Under the pieces are notes generated by a model. That model had not been told where the DNA came from. It did no database searches and saw nothing but the letters and a program-made list of their open reading frames with translations. A program made the translations under genes and the position numbers. DNA of 32,000 nucleotides, taken from contig NC_014034.1 in assembly GCF_000021865.1 (NCBI RefSeq), positions 2,640,001 through 2,672,000 of the forward strand, written 5' to 3'. The first letter of the stretch is position 1; each line of letters begins with the position of its first letter. Source of the DNA: Rhodobacter capsulatus SB 1003. Its GTDB lineage: Bacteria; Pseudomonadota; Alphaproteobacteria; Rhodobacterales; Rhodobacteraceae. This document shows positions 1 through 8,252 of the stretch, piece after piece.

Positions 1-121
1 AAAGTGGAGAGAGATCTGGGACATATGTCCTCCTCGTCGGTTTGGCGGCTACAAAGCGCCCGGTTGCGGGTTATGATGCGCCGGGTATGCGACGCGGCGG
101 CAGGCGTGTCAACCGTGGCGC

Positions 122-272
122 TTTTGCGCAGGCAAAAGGGGGGCGCTGCCCCCCTCTTGGCTTCGGCCAATTCGCCCCCCGAGGTATTTGGAACAAGATG
201 AAAAGACCATGGGTTCATCTTGCCTCAAATATCCCGGGGGGAGTCCTGAAAGGACGGGGGGCAGAGCCCCCC
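122..272. repeat. REP-like composite intergenic element, copy 1
   Basis: Read directly: hairpin TTTTGC/GCAAAA (122-137) and GGGGGGC-GCT-GCCCCCC (138-154). A long imperfect palindrome runs C6-GAGGTATTTGGAACAAGATGAA...TTCATCTTGCCTCAAATATC-CC-G6 (175-241). AAGGAC+GGGGGGC-AGA-GCCCCCC follows (250-272). The same modules, including the 13-mer AAGGACGGGGGGC, recur at 25687-25796. Confidence 0.6.
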
Positions 273-299
273 TCCCGGGTCTTTCTCAAGCGTTCCGGC

Positions 300-929
300 T
301 CAGAACCGGAAGCCCGCGCGCACCTGCACGGTGTTGAAGTTGGTGTCGACGCTGCGCGCAGAGCCGTCGAAATCGGTGCTCAGCTCGCGGCGCATCAGTT
401 CGGCGCCGACCGACCACTTGTCGTTCACCGCGTAATCGACGCCCAGACCGTAGTTCATGCCATCGGCCGCGCCATTCGTCTGGCCGTCGCCGTTCTTCCA
501 GTCGCCGCGCGAATAGCCGACGAAGGCATAGGGCAGCGCCTTGCCATAGGCCATCCCGGCGCGGGCTTTCAGGTCGATCATGTTGTCGAACTTGCCCGGC
601 GCCCCATCGAGGTTGAAATCGGTGGCCTGGGCCGCGATCTCGCCGCCGTAGACAAGCGCGCCCGACTGCAGGTTGTAGCCGCCAAAGACCCCGTAGCTGC
701 CGCGGCCCATGCCAAAGGCGGCACCGCCGGGCGCGTAGCTGGCGCCGCCGCCGGTGACAGAGCCGCCGGTGATCCCGGCATAGAACCCGTCCCAGGCTTG
801 CACGGGCGCCGGTGCCGGGGTCGCCGCCACCGTCGGTTCGCTTTCGACCACGGGCGGCGTCAGGCCACCGGCAAGGGCGGGGGCGGCAAGGCTGGCCATC
901 GCGACGATCGCAACACTGAGCTTTTTCAT
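300..929 (-). CDS. Outer-membrane beta-barrel protein (Omp25/Omp31-like porin-family OMP)
   Basis: Signal peptide MKKLSVAIVAMASLAAPALA; Gly/Tyr-rich alternating pattern; C-terminal ...VQVRAGFRF ends in an aromatic residue. The ATG at 929 is preceded by GGAAGAGGAA. The track ORF extends to 959, but I prefer the MKK start. Confidence 0.85.
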   Translation of the reverse strand: MKKLSVAIVAMASLAAPALAGGLTPPVVESEPTVAATPAPAPVQAWDGFYAGITGGSVTGGGASYAPGGAAFGMGRGSYGVFGGYNLQSGALVYGGEIAAQATDFNLDGAPGKFDNMIDLKARAGMAYGKALPYAFVGYSRGDWKNGDGQTNGAADGMNYGLGVDYAVNDKWSVGAELMRRELSTDFDGSARSVDTNFNTVQVRAGFRF

Positions 930-1054
930 CTTCCTCTTCCTTCGGCAAAGATGCGTCATGCCAGCAAGATTTGCATTTTTCCGAACAAGTTCAATATTTT
1001 GACCGGGAACATCGAAACACGATCGCTCAACAGCCCGTGCCCGTGACGTGAGGG

Positions 1055-1090
1055 AAAAGCCCGCGGCCTTGCGGCGCGGGCTTTGTTTTC
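1055..1090 (-). terminator. Hairpin terminator between the RTX gene and the OMP gene (possibly bidirectional)
   Basis: AAGCCCGCG (1057-1065) pairs with CGCGGGCTT (1075-1083). It is flanked by an A-run on one side and TGTTTTC on the other, so a U-tract follows the stem on either strand. Confidence 0.55.
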
Positions 1091-1170
1091 AATCGGTTCG
1101 CGGCCGGGACGGGCTCACGATCCGGTGTGAAGCCGCAGATCGCGGGCAGGCCCGGTGATGCGGCGGCAAG

Positions 1171-1199
1171 GCCCCGCCCGGGACATCCCCGGGCGGGGC
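1171..1199 (-). terminator. Perfect 12-bp GC hairpin immediately after the RTX stop codon
   Basis: GCCCCGCCCGGG (1171-1182) / CCCGGGCGGGGC (1188-1199) with loop ACATC. No U-tract follows, so terminator function is uncertain. Confidence 0.35.
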
Positions 1200-1207
1200 G
1201 GGGCGCG

Positions 1208-4200
1208 TCAGATGAAGATCACGTCGCTGCCCGAGAGGCTGAAATCGGCCGCGGTGAAGCTGCCCGTCAGCCGGATCGTCAGATCCGCCCCGGCGGTGCC
1301 GTCCAGGCCGATCGCCAGCGTCGTCACCCCGCCCGAGGCGGAGACGGCGATCTGCCCGGCGCCCAGCGTCGTGCCCGCGCCATTGGCGATGCTGCTCAGC
1401 GCCAGCCCGCTCAGCCGCAGCCGGTCGCCGATGGCGCCATCGGCGATCGTGTCGATGCCGCAGCCGTAAAGGTTGGTGAACTGGAACACATCCGCCCCCG
1501 CGCCGCCCAGCAGCGTGTCATTGCCGTCGCCGCCGTTCAGGATGTCATTGCCGGCGCCGGTGCTGATCCGGTCGTTGCCGCCAAAGGCGTAAAGCCGGTC
1601 ATTGCGGGCCGAGCCGGTGATGTTGTAGGTCTCGAAGTTGTTGAAGGTGGCATCATAGCTGCCGTCGGTGGCATAGATGTGATAGGCGCCGTTGGAGACG
1701 TAATCCATCCGCAGCCCCGAGGTCGCCAGCGAGGCGTTCAGCGTCAGGCTGTCGGTGCCCGCGCCGCCATCCGCCCATTCCGACCGGCCACGCCCCAGAT
1801 TGACAGTGTCGTTGCCCTCGTTCGTCGCCACCGCGTCATTGCCGGTGCCCGCCGAGAGGTTGACGATATCGGCATTCTGCCCGGTGGTCAGCGACACCGC
1901 CTCGATCCCGGTCAGGACCGTGCCCGCCCCGCTGACCGTGGCCGCGCCCGCCGCGCTCAGCGTCAGACCGATCGCCACCGTCGCGCCCGCAAAGCTGGCC
2001 TGCCAGGTGTCGACGCCCGCGCCGCCGTTGATCACGTCGGCACCGGCCCCGCCATTGAGCCAGTCATTCCCCGCGCCGCCGGTCAGCGTGTCGGCCGCCC
2101 CGGCGCCGATCAGCGTGTCGGCCCCGGCCCCGCCGGTCACGTTGAAGCGCTCGACGTTGATGTAATCGAGGAAATGCGCGTCGCCCTGTTCGCCGTAGCG
2201 GTTCCAGCCGTTCGAGGTGTAGCGGCTCTGGATCGCCTCGGTGCTGGCGGAATAGTCGAGGATCAGCAGATCGACCCCGGCGCCGCCGTCGAACCCGTCC
2301 TGACCCAGCCCGAGCGAGACGGTGTCATTGCCCGCATTGCCCGCGAACCAGTCGTTGCCGCTTTGGCCGGTGGTGTCGATCAGATCGGCCCCGGCGCCGC
2401 CGGTCAGGCTGACCTGTTCGATGTTGCGCACGTCGCAGCCCGAGCCGGTCGCCTGCGCCGCGGTCTGGCTGGCCGACGCGCTGAAGCGCAGCCCCGCCGA
2501 GATCGCCGAGAGATCCGCCCGCCACAGGTCGGTGCCCGCGCCGCCGTCGATCACCGCCCGCCCGGCGCCGCTGTCGAGCGTGTCATTGCCCGCCCCGCCG
2601 CGCAGCGTGTCGTTCATCGTGCCGCCGACCAGACTGTCATGGCCCGCGCCGCCGGTCATGTCGTAATGCTCGATGTTGATGAAATCGACCTGATCGCCGC
2701 TGGTCGAGCTGAACCGATACCAGCCGTTCGAGACATAGCTGTAGGTGATCCCCTGCGTCGCCCCGGCGATGCCCGACCAGTCAAGGATCAGCGTATCCTC
2801 GCCCTCGGCGCCATTGACCGCATCGACGCCGCGCCAGACCGCGGCGCTGTCATTGCCCGCGCCCAGATAAAGGTTGTCGTCATAGGCGCCGCTGCGGGTG
2901 GTGATGAGGTCGCGCACCGCGGTGCCGGTGTAGTTCAGCCGTTCCAGCCCGCTGATCACCGCGCCATAATTCGTGGTCTGGGTCTGGAAGTTGATGGTGA
3001 CGTTGGTCTCGTGTTCGGAAAGGTTCGCCTCCCACAGATCCACGCCGTCGCCACCGGTGATCGCATCGACCCCGCCGCCGCCCGAAAGCGTGTCATCGCC
3101 GCCATTGCCGACCAGCCGGTCGTTCAGCGCCGCGCCCAGCAGATAGTCGTTGCCCGCCCCGCCGGTCAGGAAGAAGCGCTCGAAGTTGATGTAGTCGAGC
3201 CGGTCGCCGCTGGCCGCGCTGAAGCGATACCAGCCGTTCGAGACATAGCTGCGGCTGATCCCCTGGGTGGCATCGGTGATGCCCGACCAGTTCATCACCA
3301 GCAGGTCCTCGCCCGCCTCGCCATTGGCGCCATCGACGCCGCGGCCGGTGGTGACGGCATCGTCGCCCGCGCCCATGGTGAAGCTGTCGTTGTAGCTGCC
3401 GGATTGCGCCACGACGGTGTCGTCAAAGGCGGAGCCGGTATAGGTCAGCCGTTCGATGCCGCTGAGCACCGCGCCGGTGTTGCTGGTCTGGCTGACCAGG
3501 CTGACCGAGGTGTTCGCCTCGATGTCGGTCAGATCGACCTGCCACAGATCGATCCCGGCGCCGCCCGCGATGGTATCGGCCCCGGTGCCGCCGATCAGGG
3601 TATCATTGCCGCCGTTGCCGGTCAGCCGGTCGGCCTGCCCGGCCCCCGAGAGCCAGTCGTTGCCCGCGCCGCCGGTCAGGAAATAGCGCTCGAAGTTGAT
3701 GTAGTTCACCTGATCACCGCTGAGCGCCGCATAGCGATACCAGCCGTTCGAGACATAGGAATTGCGGATCGCGAAGCTCGGATCGGTGATCGCGGACCAG
3801 TCGAAGACCATGATGTCGGTCCCCTCGCCGCCATTGATCCAGTCGACGCCGCGCCCGGCGTTGACCTGATCGCTGCCGTTGCCCGTCGCGATGTCGTCAT
3901 TGCCGACAAAGGCCGAGGTGTTGATCACGTCATCGCCGATGCCGGTGGTGATCGAAAGCGCCTCGATCTGGGTGAAGCGCGCGCCGGTGGCCGCGACCAG
4001 CTGGGTGATGGCGGGATCGGCCGAGAGCGTGATCAGCACGTTGCCGGTGACGGTGCCGTAACCGGCGGTCCAGCGGTCGAAGCCCGCGCCGCCATTGACG
4101 ACATCGGCCCCAAGCCCGCTGGTCAGGCTGTCGGCCCCGGCGCCGCCATAAAGCTGATCGACGTCATTGGCCCCGCGCAGGTCGTCATCCCCCGATCCGC

Positions 4201-4429
4201 CGCGCAGGATGAAGCGTTCGAAGTTGTAGAAATCGATGCTGGACGACAGATAATCGGTGAAGCGATAAAAGCCGTTGCCCGCATATTCGTAGATGATGTC
4301 GCTTGTCAGCGTGCTGTAATCCATCACCAGCGTATCGACGCCCCCCTCGGCGTTGACGCTGTAAATGCCGGTCGGCGTGACGGTGACGGTATTGTTGCCA
4401 CTGGTGACGGGAAGTCCGGTAATAGGCAT
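1208..4429 (-). CDS. Large RTX-type calcium-binding repeat protein (hemolysin-type GGxGxD nonapeptides), 1073 aa
   Basis: There are dozens of GGAGxD/GGxGND nonapeptides and a Gly/Asp/Thr-rich acidic composition. The ATG at 4429 is preceded by AGGAGGAGAC. The track ORF starts 11 codons earlier at 4462. The C-terminal ~60 aa is non-repetitive, as in T1SS substrates. Confidence 0.9.
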   Translation of the reverse strand: MPITGLPVTSGNNTVTVTPTGIYSVNAEGGVDTLVMDYSTLTSDIIYEYAGNGFYRFTDYLSSSIDFYNFERFILRGGSGDDDLRGANDVDQLYGGAGADSLTSGLGADVVNGGAGFDRWTAGYGTVTGNVLITLSADPAITQLVAATGARFTQIEALSITTGIGDDVINTSAFVGNDDIATGNGSDQVNAGRGVDWINGGEGTDIMVFDWSAITDPSFAIRNSYVSNGWYRYAALSGDQVNYINFERYFLTGGAGNDWLSGAGQADRLTGNGGNDTLIGGTGADTIAGGAGIDLWQVDLTDIEANTSVSLVSQTSNTGAVLSGIERLTYTGSAFDDTVVAQSGSYNDSFTMGAGDDAVTTGRGVDGANGEAGEDLLVMNWSGITDATQGISRSYVSNGWYRFSAASGDRLDYINFERFFLTGGAGNDYLLGAALNDRLVGNGGDDTLSGGGGVDAITGGDGVDLWEANLSEHETNVTINFQTQTTNYGAVISGLERLNYTGTAVRDLITTRSGAYDDNLYLGAGNDSAAVWRGVDAVNGAEGEDTLILDWSGIAGATQGITYSYVSNGWYRFSSTSGDQVDFINIEHYDMTGGAGHDSLVGGTMNDTLRGGAGNDTLDSGAGRAVIDGGAGTDLWRADLSAISAGLRFSASASQTAAQATGSGCDVRNIEQVSLTGGAGADLIDTTGQSGNDWFAGNAGNDTVSLGLGQDGFDGGAGVDLLILDYSASTEAIQSRYTSNGWNRYGEQGDAHFLDYINVERFNVTGGAGADTLIGAGAADTLTGGAGNDWLNGGAGADVINGGAGVDTWQASFAGATVAIGLTLSAAGAATVSGAGTVLTGIEAVSLTTGQNADIVNLSAGTGNDAVATNEGNDTVNLGRGRSEWADGGAGTDSLTLNASLATSGLRMDYVSNGAYHIYATDGSYDATFNNFETYNITGSARNDRLYAFGGNDRISTGAGNDILNGGDGNDTLLGGAGADVFQFTNLYGCGIDTIADGAIGDRLRLSGLALSSIANGAGTTLGAGQIAVSASGGVTTLAIGLDGTAGADLTIRLTGSFTAADFSLSGSDVIFI
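1650..4330 (-). repeat. Six diverged tandem coding super-repeats (~510-540 nt each) inside the RTX gene
   Basis: The plus-strand 23-mer GATACCAGCCGTTCGAGACATAG is exact at 2716, 3226 and 3736, a 510-nt spacing. Related copies lie near 2204 (CCAGCCGTTCGAGGTGTAG), ~1690 and ~4270. The protein motif YVSNGWYR..INFERFFLTGG recurs six times. Confidence 0.8.
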
Positions 4430-4701
4430 GGTCTCCTCCTCTTTCGTCCGCTTTCTCAGCACGACGTCAGCCGGAATTGGCCTTGTCCATTGGTTTACGG
4501 ACGACAGGTTGAGGATACACCCGTTCCGCCCTGCCCCGGCTGCGACAAGAATTCCGCGCCGCCTCGTGACGCCTGTCTTTTTGGACAGGTTCTGCCGTGG
4601 GCGCGGCCTTGTGGCCGGGCGGCGCCCCCCGGCCCATCTTGCCCCGCGGCGCCGTTTCCACTACCCACTTGCGCAACGAAACCCTGTGCCGAGGCTTGTC
4701 C

Positions 4702-6042
4702 ATGCGCCTTTCCCGCTACTTCCTCCCCGTTCTCAAGGAAAACCCCGCCGAGGCGCAGATCGTCAGCCACCGGCTGATGCTGCGCGCGGGCATGATCAAG
4801 CAGCAGGCGGCGGGGATCTATTCCTGGCTGCCGCTGGGCTTCAAGGTCTTGAAGCGCATCGAGCAGATCGTGCATGAGGAACAGATCCGCGCCGGTCACA
4901 TTCCGCTGCTGATGCCGACGCTGCAACCGGCCGATCTGTGGCGCGAAAGTGGCCGCTATGACGATTACGGTCAGGAAATGCTGCGCATCAAGGACCGGCA
5001 CGAGCGCGAGATGCTGTATGGTCCGACGAACGAGGAGATGATCACCGACATCTTCCGCGCGCATGTCTCGTCTTACAAGGACCTGCCGCTGACGCTTTAC
5101 CACATCCAGTGGAAGTTCCGCGACGAGGTCCGCCCGCGCTTCGGCGTCATGCGCGGCCGCGAGTTCTACATGAAAGACGGCTACAACTTCGACCTGACCC
5201 GCGAAGACGCGCTGCATGCCTACAACCGCCACATGGTCAGCTATCTGCGCACCTATGAACGGATGGGGCTGACCGCCATTCCGATGCGCGCCGCCTCGGG
5301 CCCGATCGGCGGCGACAACACGCATGAATTCCTGGTGCTGGCGCAGACCGGCGAGAGCGAGGTCTTCTATGACGCCCAGGTGCCCGATCTGAAACTGGGC
5401 GACCGGGCGGTGGATTACGACGACCGCGATCAGGTGGCGGCGATCTGTCAGGAATTCACCACGCTTTACGCGCGCACCGACGAAACCCATGACGAGGCGG
5501 TGTTCAACCAGATCCCGGAAGCGCGCCGCTGCGTCGGCCGCGGCATCGAAGTGGGGCAGATCTTCTATTTCGGCACGAAATATTCCGAAGCGATGGGCGC
5601 CACCGTCGTCACCCCCGATGGCACCCGCGTGCCGGTCGAGATGGGTTCGCACGGCATCGGCGTGAGCCGCCTTCTGGGCGCGCTGATCGAGGCGAACCAT
5701 GACGAGCGCGGGATCATCTGGCCCGAGGGCGTGACGCCCTTCCATGTCGGCATCGTCAACCTGAAACAGGGCGACGGGGCGACCGATGCGGCCTGCGCCG
5801 GGATCTACAAGGCGCTGGTGGCCAAGGGCCTCGATCCGCTTTACGACGACCGCGACGAACGCGCCGGGGCGAAATTCGCCACGATGGATCTGATCGGCCT
5901 GCCCTGGCGGATCACCGTCGGCCCGCGCGGTCTGGCGGGTGGCGTGGTGGAACTCACCTCGCGCCGCACCGGCGAAAGCGAGGAGATGTCGGCCGAAGCG
6001 GCGGTGGACCGCATCGCGCAGATCTACGCCGCGCATCGCTGA
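4702..6042 (+). CDS. proS: Prolyl-tRNA synthetase
   Basis: [46 protein letters not shown]... is the canonical ProRS N-terminus, with class II aaRS motifs further in. At 446 aa it is the short alphaproteobacterial type. I chose the start at 4702 (ATG) over the track start at 4597. Confidence 0.95.
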   Translation: MRLSRYFLPVLKENPAEAQIVSHRLMLRAGMIKQQAAGIYSWLPLGFKVLKRIEQIVHEEQIRAGHIPLLMPTLQPADLWRESGRYDDYGQEMLRIKDRHEREMLYGPTNEEMITDIFRAHVSSYKDLPLTLYHIQWKFRDEVRPRFGVMRGREFYMKDGYNFDLTREDALHAYNRHMVSYLRTYERMGLTAIPMRAASGPIGGDNTHEFLVLAQTGESEVFYDAQVPDLKLGDRAVDYDDRDQVAAICQEFTTLYARTDETHDEAVFNQIPEARRCVGRGIEVGQIFYFGTKYSEAMGATVVTPDGTRVPVEMGSHGIGVSRLLGALIEANHDERGIIWPEGVTPFHVGIVNLKQGDGATDAACAGIYKALVAKGLDPLYDDRDERAGAKFATMDLIGLPWRITVGPRGLAGGVVELTSRRTGESEEMSAEAAVDRIAQIYAAHR

Positions 6043-6063
6043 GCGCGCAGCCCTTCTGAAAAC

Positions 6064-6089
6064 CGGATCGCGGCGCAAGCGGCGATCCG
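6064..6089 (+). terminator. Stem-loop just downstream of proS
   Basis: CGGATCGC (6064-6071) / GCGATCCG (6082-6089). There is no clear U-tract, so this is a weak call. Confidence 0.3.
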
Positions 6090-6416
6090 ACCGGGCCGAT
6101 TTCCGCACGGGCAGAGATCGGCCCCCGCCCGGCCCTGCCACAAGCTGCGGGCCGTGTGCCGAAAGCCCCCCAACAACCAGCCAAAGCACCCCCCGCGGCT
6201 CTCGCGGCGGGTCAGCCTTGGGCCGCTTCCGTCCTCAAAGCCGCCGACCGGCAGGGGGCCGCCGCCCGACCGCCAAAGAATCGGCGGCGAAGGTCGCGGC
6301 GGGCGTCCATCGCGATCGACGGCCTCTTCGCAGAATCGCCTCCCCCGGAATCCCCCCCCGATCGGCGCGGTGAGCACCAGCCTCCGAACGGGGCAATCCC
6401 GATCCGCGACATACCC

Positions 6417-6465
6417 CCGCCGCCCGGCTTGCGCGCGGGACGCCCGGGCGCAAGCCGGGCGGCGG
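6417..6465. repeat. 18-bp perfect inverted repeat (long GC hairpin) in a non-coding spacer
   Basis: CCGCCGCCCGGCTTGCGC (6417-6434) and GCGCAAGCCGGGCGGCGG (6448-6465) are exact reverse complements. The 13-nt loop GCGGGACGCCCGG can pair further (CGGG/CCCG). Confidence 0.8.
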
Positions 6466-6758
6466 CGGCACAACCATGAAGCCCGGACCTTGCCCCCCCC
6501 CCAGAGTGCTCCCGGCCCCGGAGGGGGCATCGGCAACCGCGCCACGACGGACACCGCGATTGATCCGCCCCGGATGACAGGACGGACCGGGGCACCGATG
6601 CACGGCAACGGTAAGGCGGAAGACAGGCTCGATCAAGGCCGGGCGCAGGGGGGGCTTGGGCGCCGATCTGGCGAGGGCCAACACCCCCGGGACACAGGCC
6701 AGCGGGCGGCCACCGCGGGGAACCGGCAGCCTGCGCCGTGTCCCCCCTGAAACGACGA

Positions 6759-6779
6759 CGCCCCGCACGAGGCGGGGCG
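6759..6779 (-). terminator. Hairpin downstream of tRNA-Ala
   Basis: CGCCCCGC (6759-6766) / GCGGGGCG (6772-6779), located 27 nt 3' of the tRNA on the minus strand. The U-tract is weak (TCGTCGTTTC). Confidence 0.4.
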
Positions 6780-6805
6780 AGGGTCGTTCAAGTCCTTGTT
6801 TTATT

Positions 6806-6881
<76 letters not shown>

Positions 6882-7006
6882 ACCGGATCGGCTTGACGTT
6901 TCCATCTTGCGTGAGGGGGTGTATATGGACCTCAAGCGACGGGCGCAAGAGGAAAAAACACGCCTCGTCGCAAATTTTTTCAGCCCCCTGAAAACCCCCT
7001 TGCGGC

Positions 7007-7037
7007 AAAGGAAAAGGCGCGAAGTTGCCCTCGCGCC
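7007..7037 (-). terminator. Rho-independent terminator of the FYDLN_acid gene
   Basis: On the minus strand, GGCGCGA-GGGCAACT-TCGCGCC is followed by TTTTCCTTTG. Confidence 0.6.
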
Positions 7038-7077
7038 CGGTCCCGTCTTTTCCGTGATCCGCCCCTTTCGGGCCGAC

Positions 7078-7407
7078 TCAGGCCTCGTCTTCGCCCCCCG
7101 CCACATCGGCGATGTCATCCAGCGAGACGTTGTCGTCTTCGTCATCCTCGAGCAGATCGTCGTCCAGATCGACGTCGCCGCCGTCTTCGTCCAGATCGTC
7201 ATCGGTCAGATCGTCGACATCAAGATCGGCCGCGCGCGGCGCCACCTTGTCGGACACCATCACACGGCTGCGGCCCGCGGCCGTCAGGCTCTCGAGCGAG
7301 AAGCTGTTCGAGCAGACCGGGCAGGTCATCGGGTCTTTGGCCAGATCATAGAACCGGCTCGCGCAATGCGGGCAGAGGCGCTTGACGCCCCATTCCTCTT
7401 TCGGCAT
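7078..7407 (-). CDS. TIGR02300 (FYDLN_acid) family small zinc-ribbon protein with a polyacidic tail
   Basis: MPKEEWGVKRLCPHCASRFYDLAKDPMTCPVCSNSF contains CxxC...CxxC and the FYDL signature. The C-terminal half is almost entirely D/E/L. The ATG is at 7407. Confidence 0.8.
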   Translation of the reverse strand: MPKEEWGVKRLCPHCASRFYDLAKDPMTCPVCSNSFSLESLTAAGRSRVMVSDKVAPRAADLDVDDLTDDDLDEDGGDVDLDDDLLEDDEDDNVSLDDIADVAGGEDEA

Positions 7408-7523
7408 GGAAGTCTCCTGGCAAGCTCTATCGCACAGAGTCGCAGCCAACTGCCACAACCGCCGCGGGGTGTCAAAGCCTTTTCGCGCGCAACCTGCCGC
7501 TTCCAGCCGGACCAGAGCCCGCG

Positions 7524-8222
7524 ATGACCGAAAGCCCCCTGATCCTGCCCGATCTGCCCGGTGTCGCCGTGCATCTGCGCCGCTCGGCCCGGGCGCGGCG
7601 GTTTTCGCTGCGCGTCAGCCGGATCGACGGCGCTGTGACGCTGACCCTGCCCGCCCGCGCCCGTCTGGCCGAGGCCGTGGCCTTTGCCGCGGCGCAATCG
7701 GACTGGCTGCGCGGGACGCTTTCGCAGCTGCCCGCGCCAAGCCGTCCGGGCTTTGGCGACACCCTGCCCTTTGAAGGCGCGGCGCTGCGGATCGAGGCGG
7801 CAAGCCTGCGCGCGCCAAAGCGCGAGGGGGACCGGCTTTTGGTGCCCGCAGGCGACGACCGGCTGGGGGCAAGGCTTGAAACCTTTTTGCGCCACTGCGC
7901 CCGGATCCGGCTGCAGGCCGCGACCGAGACCCATGCCAAGACCCTTGGCCGCCCGTTCAAGCGCATCACGCTCCGCGATACTCGTTCGCGCTGGGGCTCC
8001 TGCGCGCCGGATGGCTCGCTTTCCTACAGCTGGCGGCTGATCATGGCGCCGCCCGAGGTCCTTGATTACGTCGCCGCCCATGAGGTCGCGCATCTGGTCG
8101 AGATGAACCATTCCGCCGCCTTCTGGGCGGTGGTGGCGCGGCTTTGCCCCGATTATGCCCTGCATCGGGCCTGGCTGAAACAAAACGGCGCGGCGCTGCA
8201 GGCGATCCGTCTGACGGATTGA
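7524..8222 (+). CDS. YgjP-like M48/DUF45 metal-dependent hydrolase
   Basis: HExxH motif in AAHEVAHLVEMNHSAAFW, the preceding ...RWGSC...SYSWRL pattern, and a length of 232 aa. Confidence 0.8.
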   Translation: MTESPLILPDLPGVAVHLRRSARARRFSLRVSRIDGAVTLTLPARARLAEAVAFAAAQSDWLRGTLSQLPAPSRPGFGDTLPFEGAALRIEAASLRAPKREGDRLLVPAGDDRLGARLETFLRHCARIRLQAATETHAKTLGRPFKRITLRDTRSRWGSCAPDGSLSYSWRLIMAPPEVLDYVAAHEVAHLVEMNHSAAFWAVVARLCPDYALHRAWLKQNGAALQAIRLTD

Positions 8223-8252
8223 CCGCGGCCGCATTCGTGATCACAAAGGGGC

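Noticed and set aside
4597-4701. N-terminal extensions offered by the ORF track (proS from 4597, polA from 25456, thioesterase from 8953, selU from 10198, binding protein from 15200, cytochrome c from 22497, adenosine kinase from 31105, sulfotransferase from 27784)
   Set aside because: In each case an internal ATG with a better SD coincides with the conserved N-terminus of the family or with a signal peptide. The extensions are Arg/Pro-rich and overlap neighbouring features.
1127-4777. 1216-aa ORF on the plus strand opposite the RTX gene
   Set aside because: It is antisense to a gene with unmistakable RTX nonapeptides. Its product is an Ala/Arg/Gly/Pro low-complexity string with no motifs, and it runs across the proS start. 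This is a typical high-GC antisense artefact.
4495-6189. 564-aa minus-strand ORF overlapping proS
   Set aside because: It is antisense to a clearly identifiable prolyl-tRNA synthetase and has Arg/Ala/Gly-rich composition without recognisable domains.
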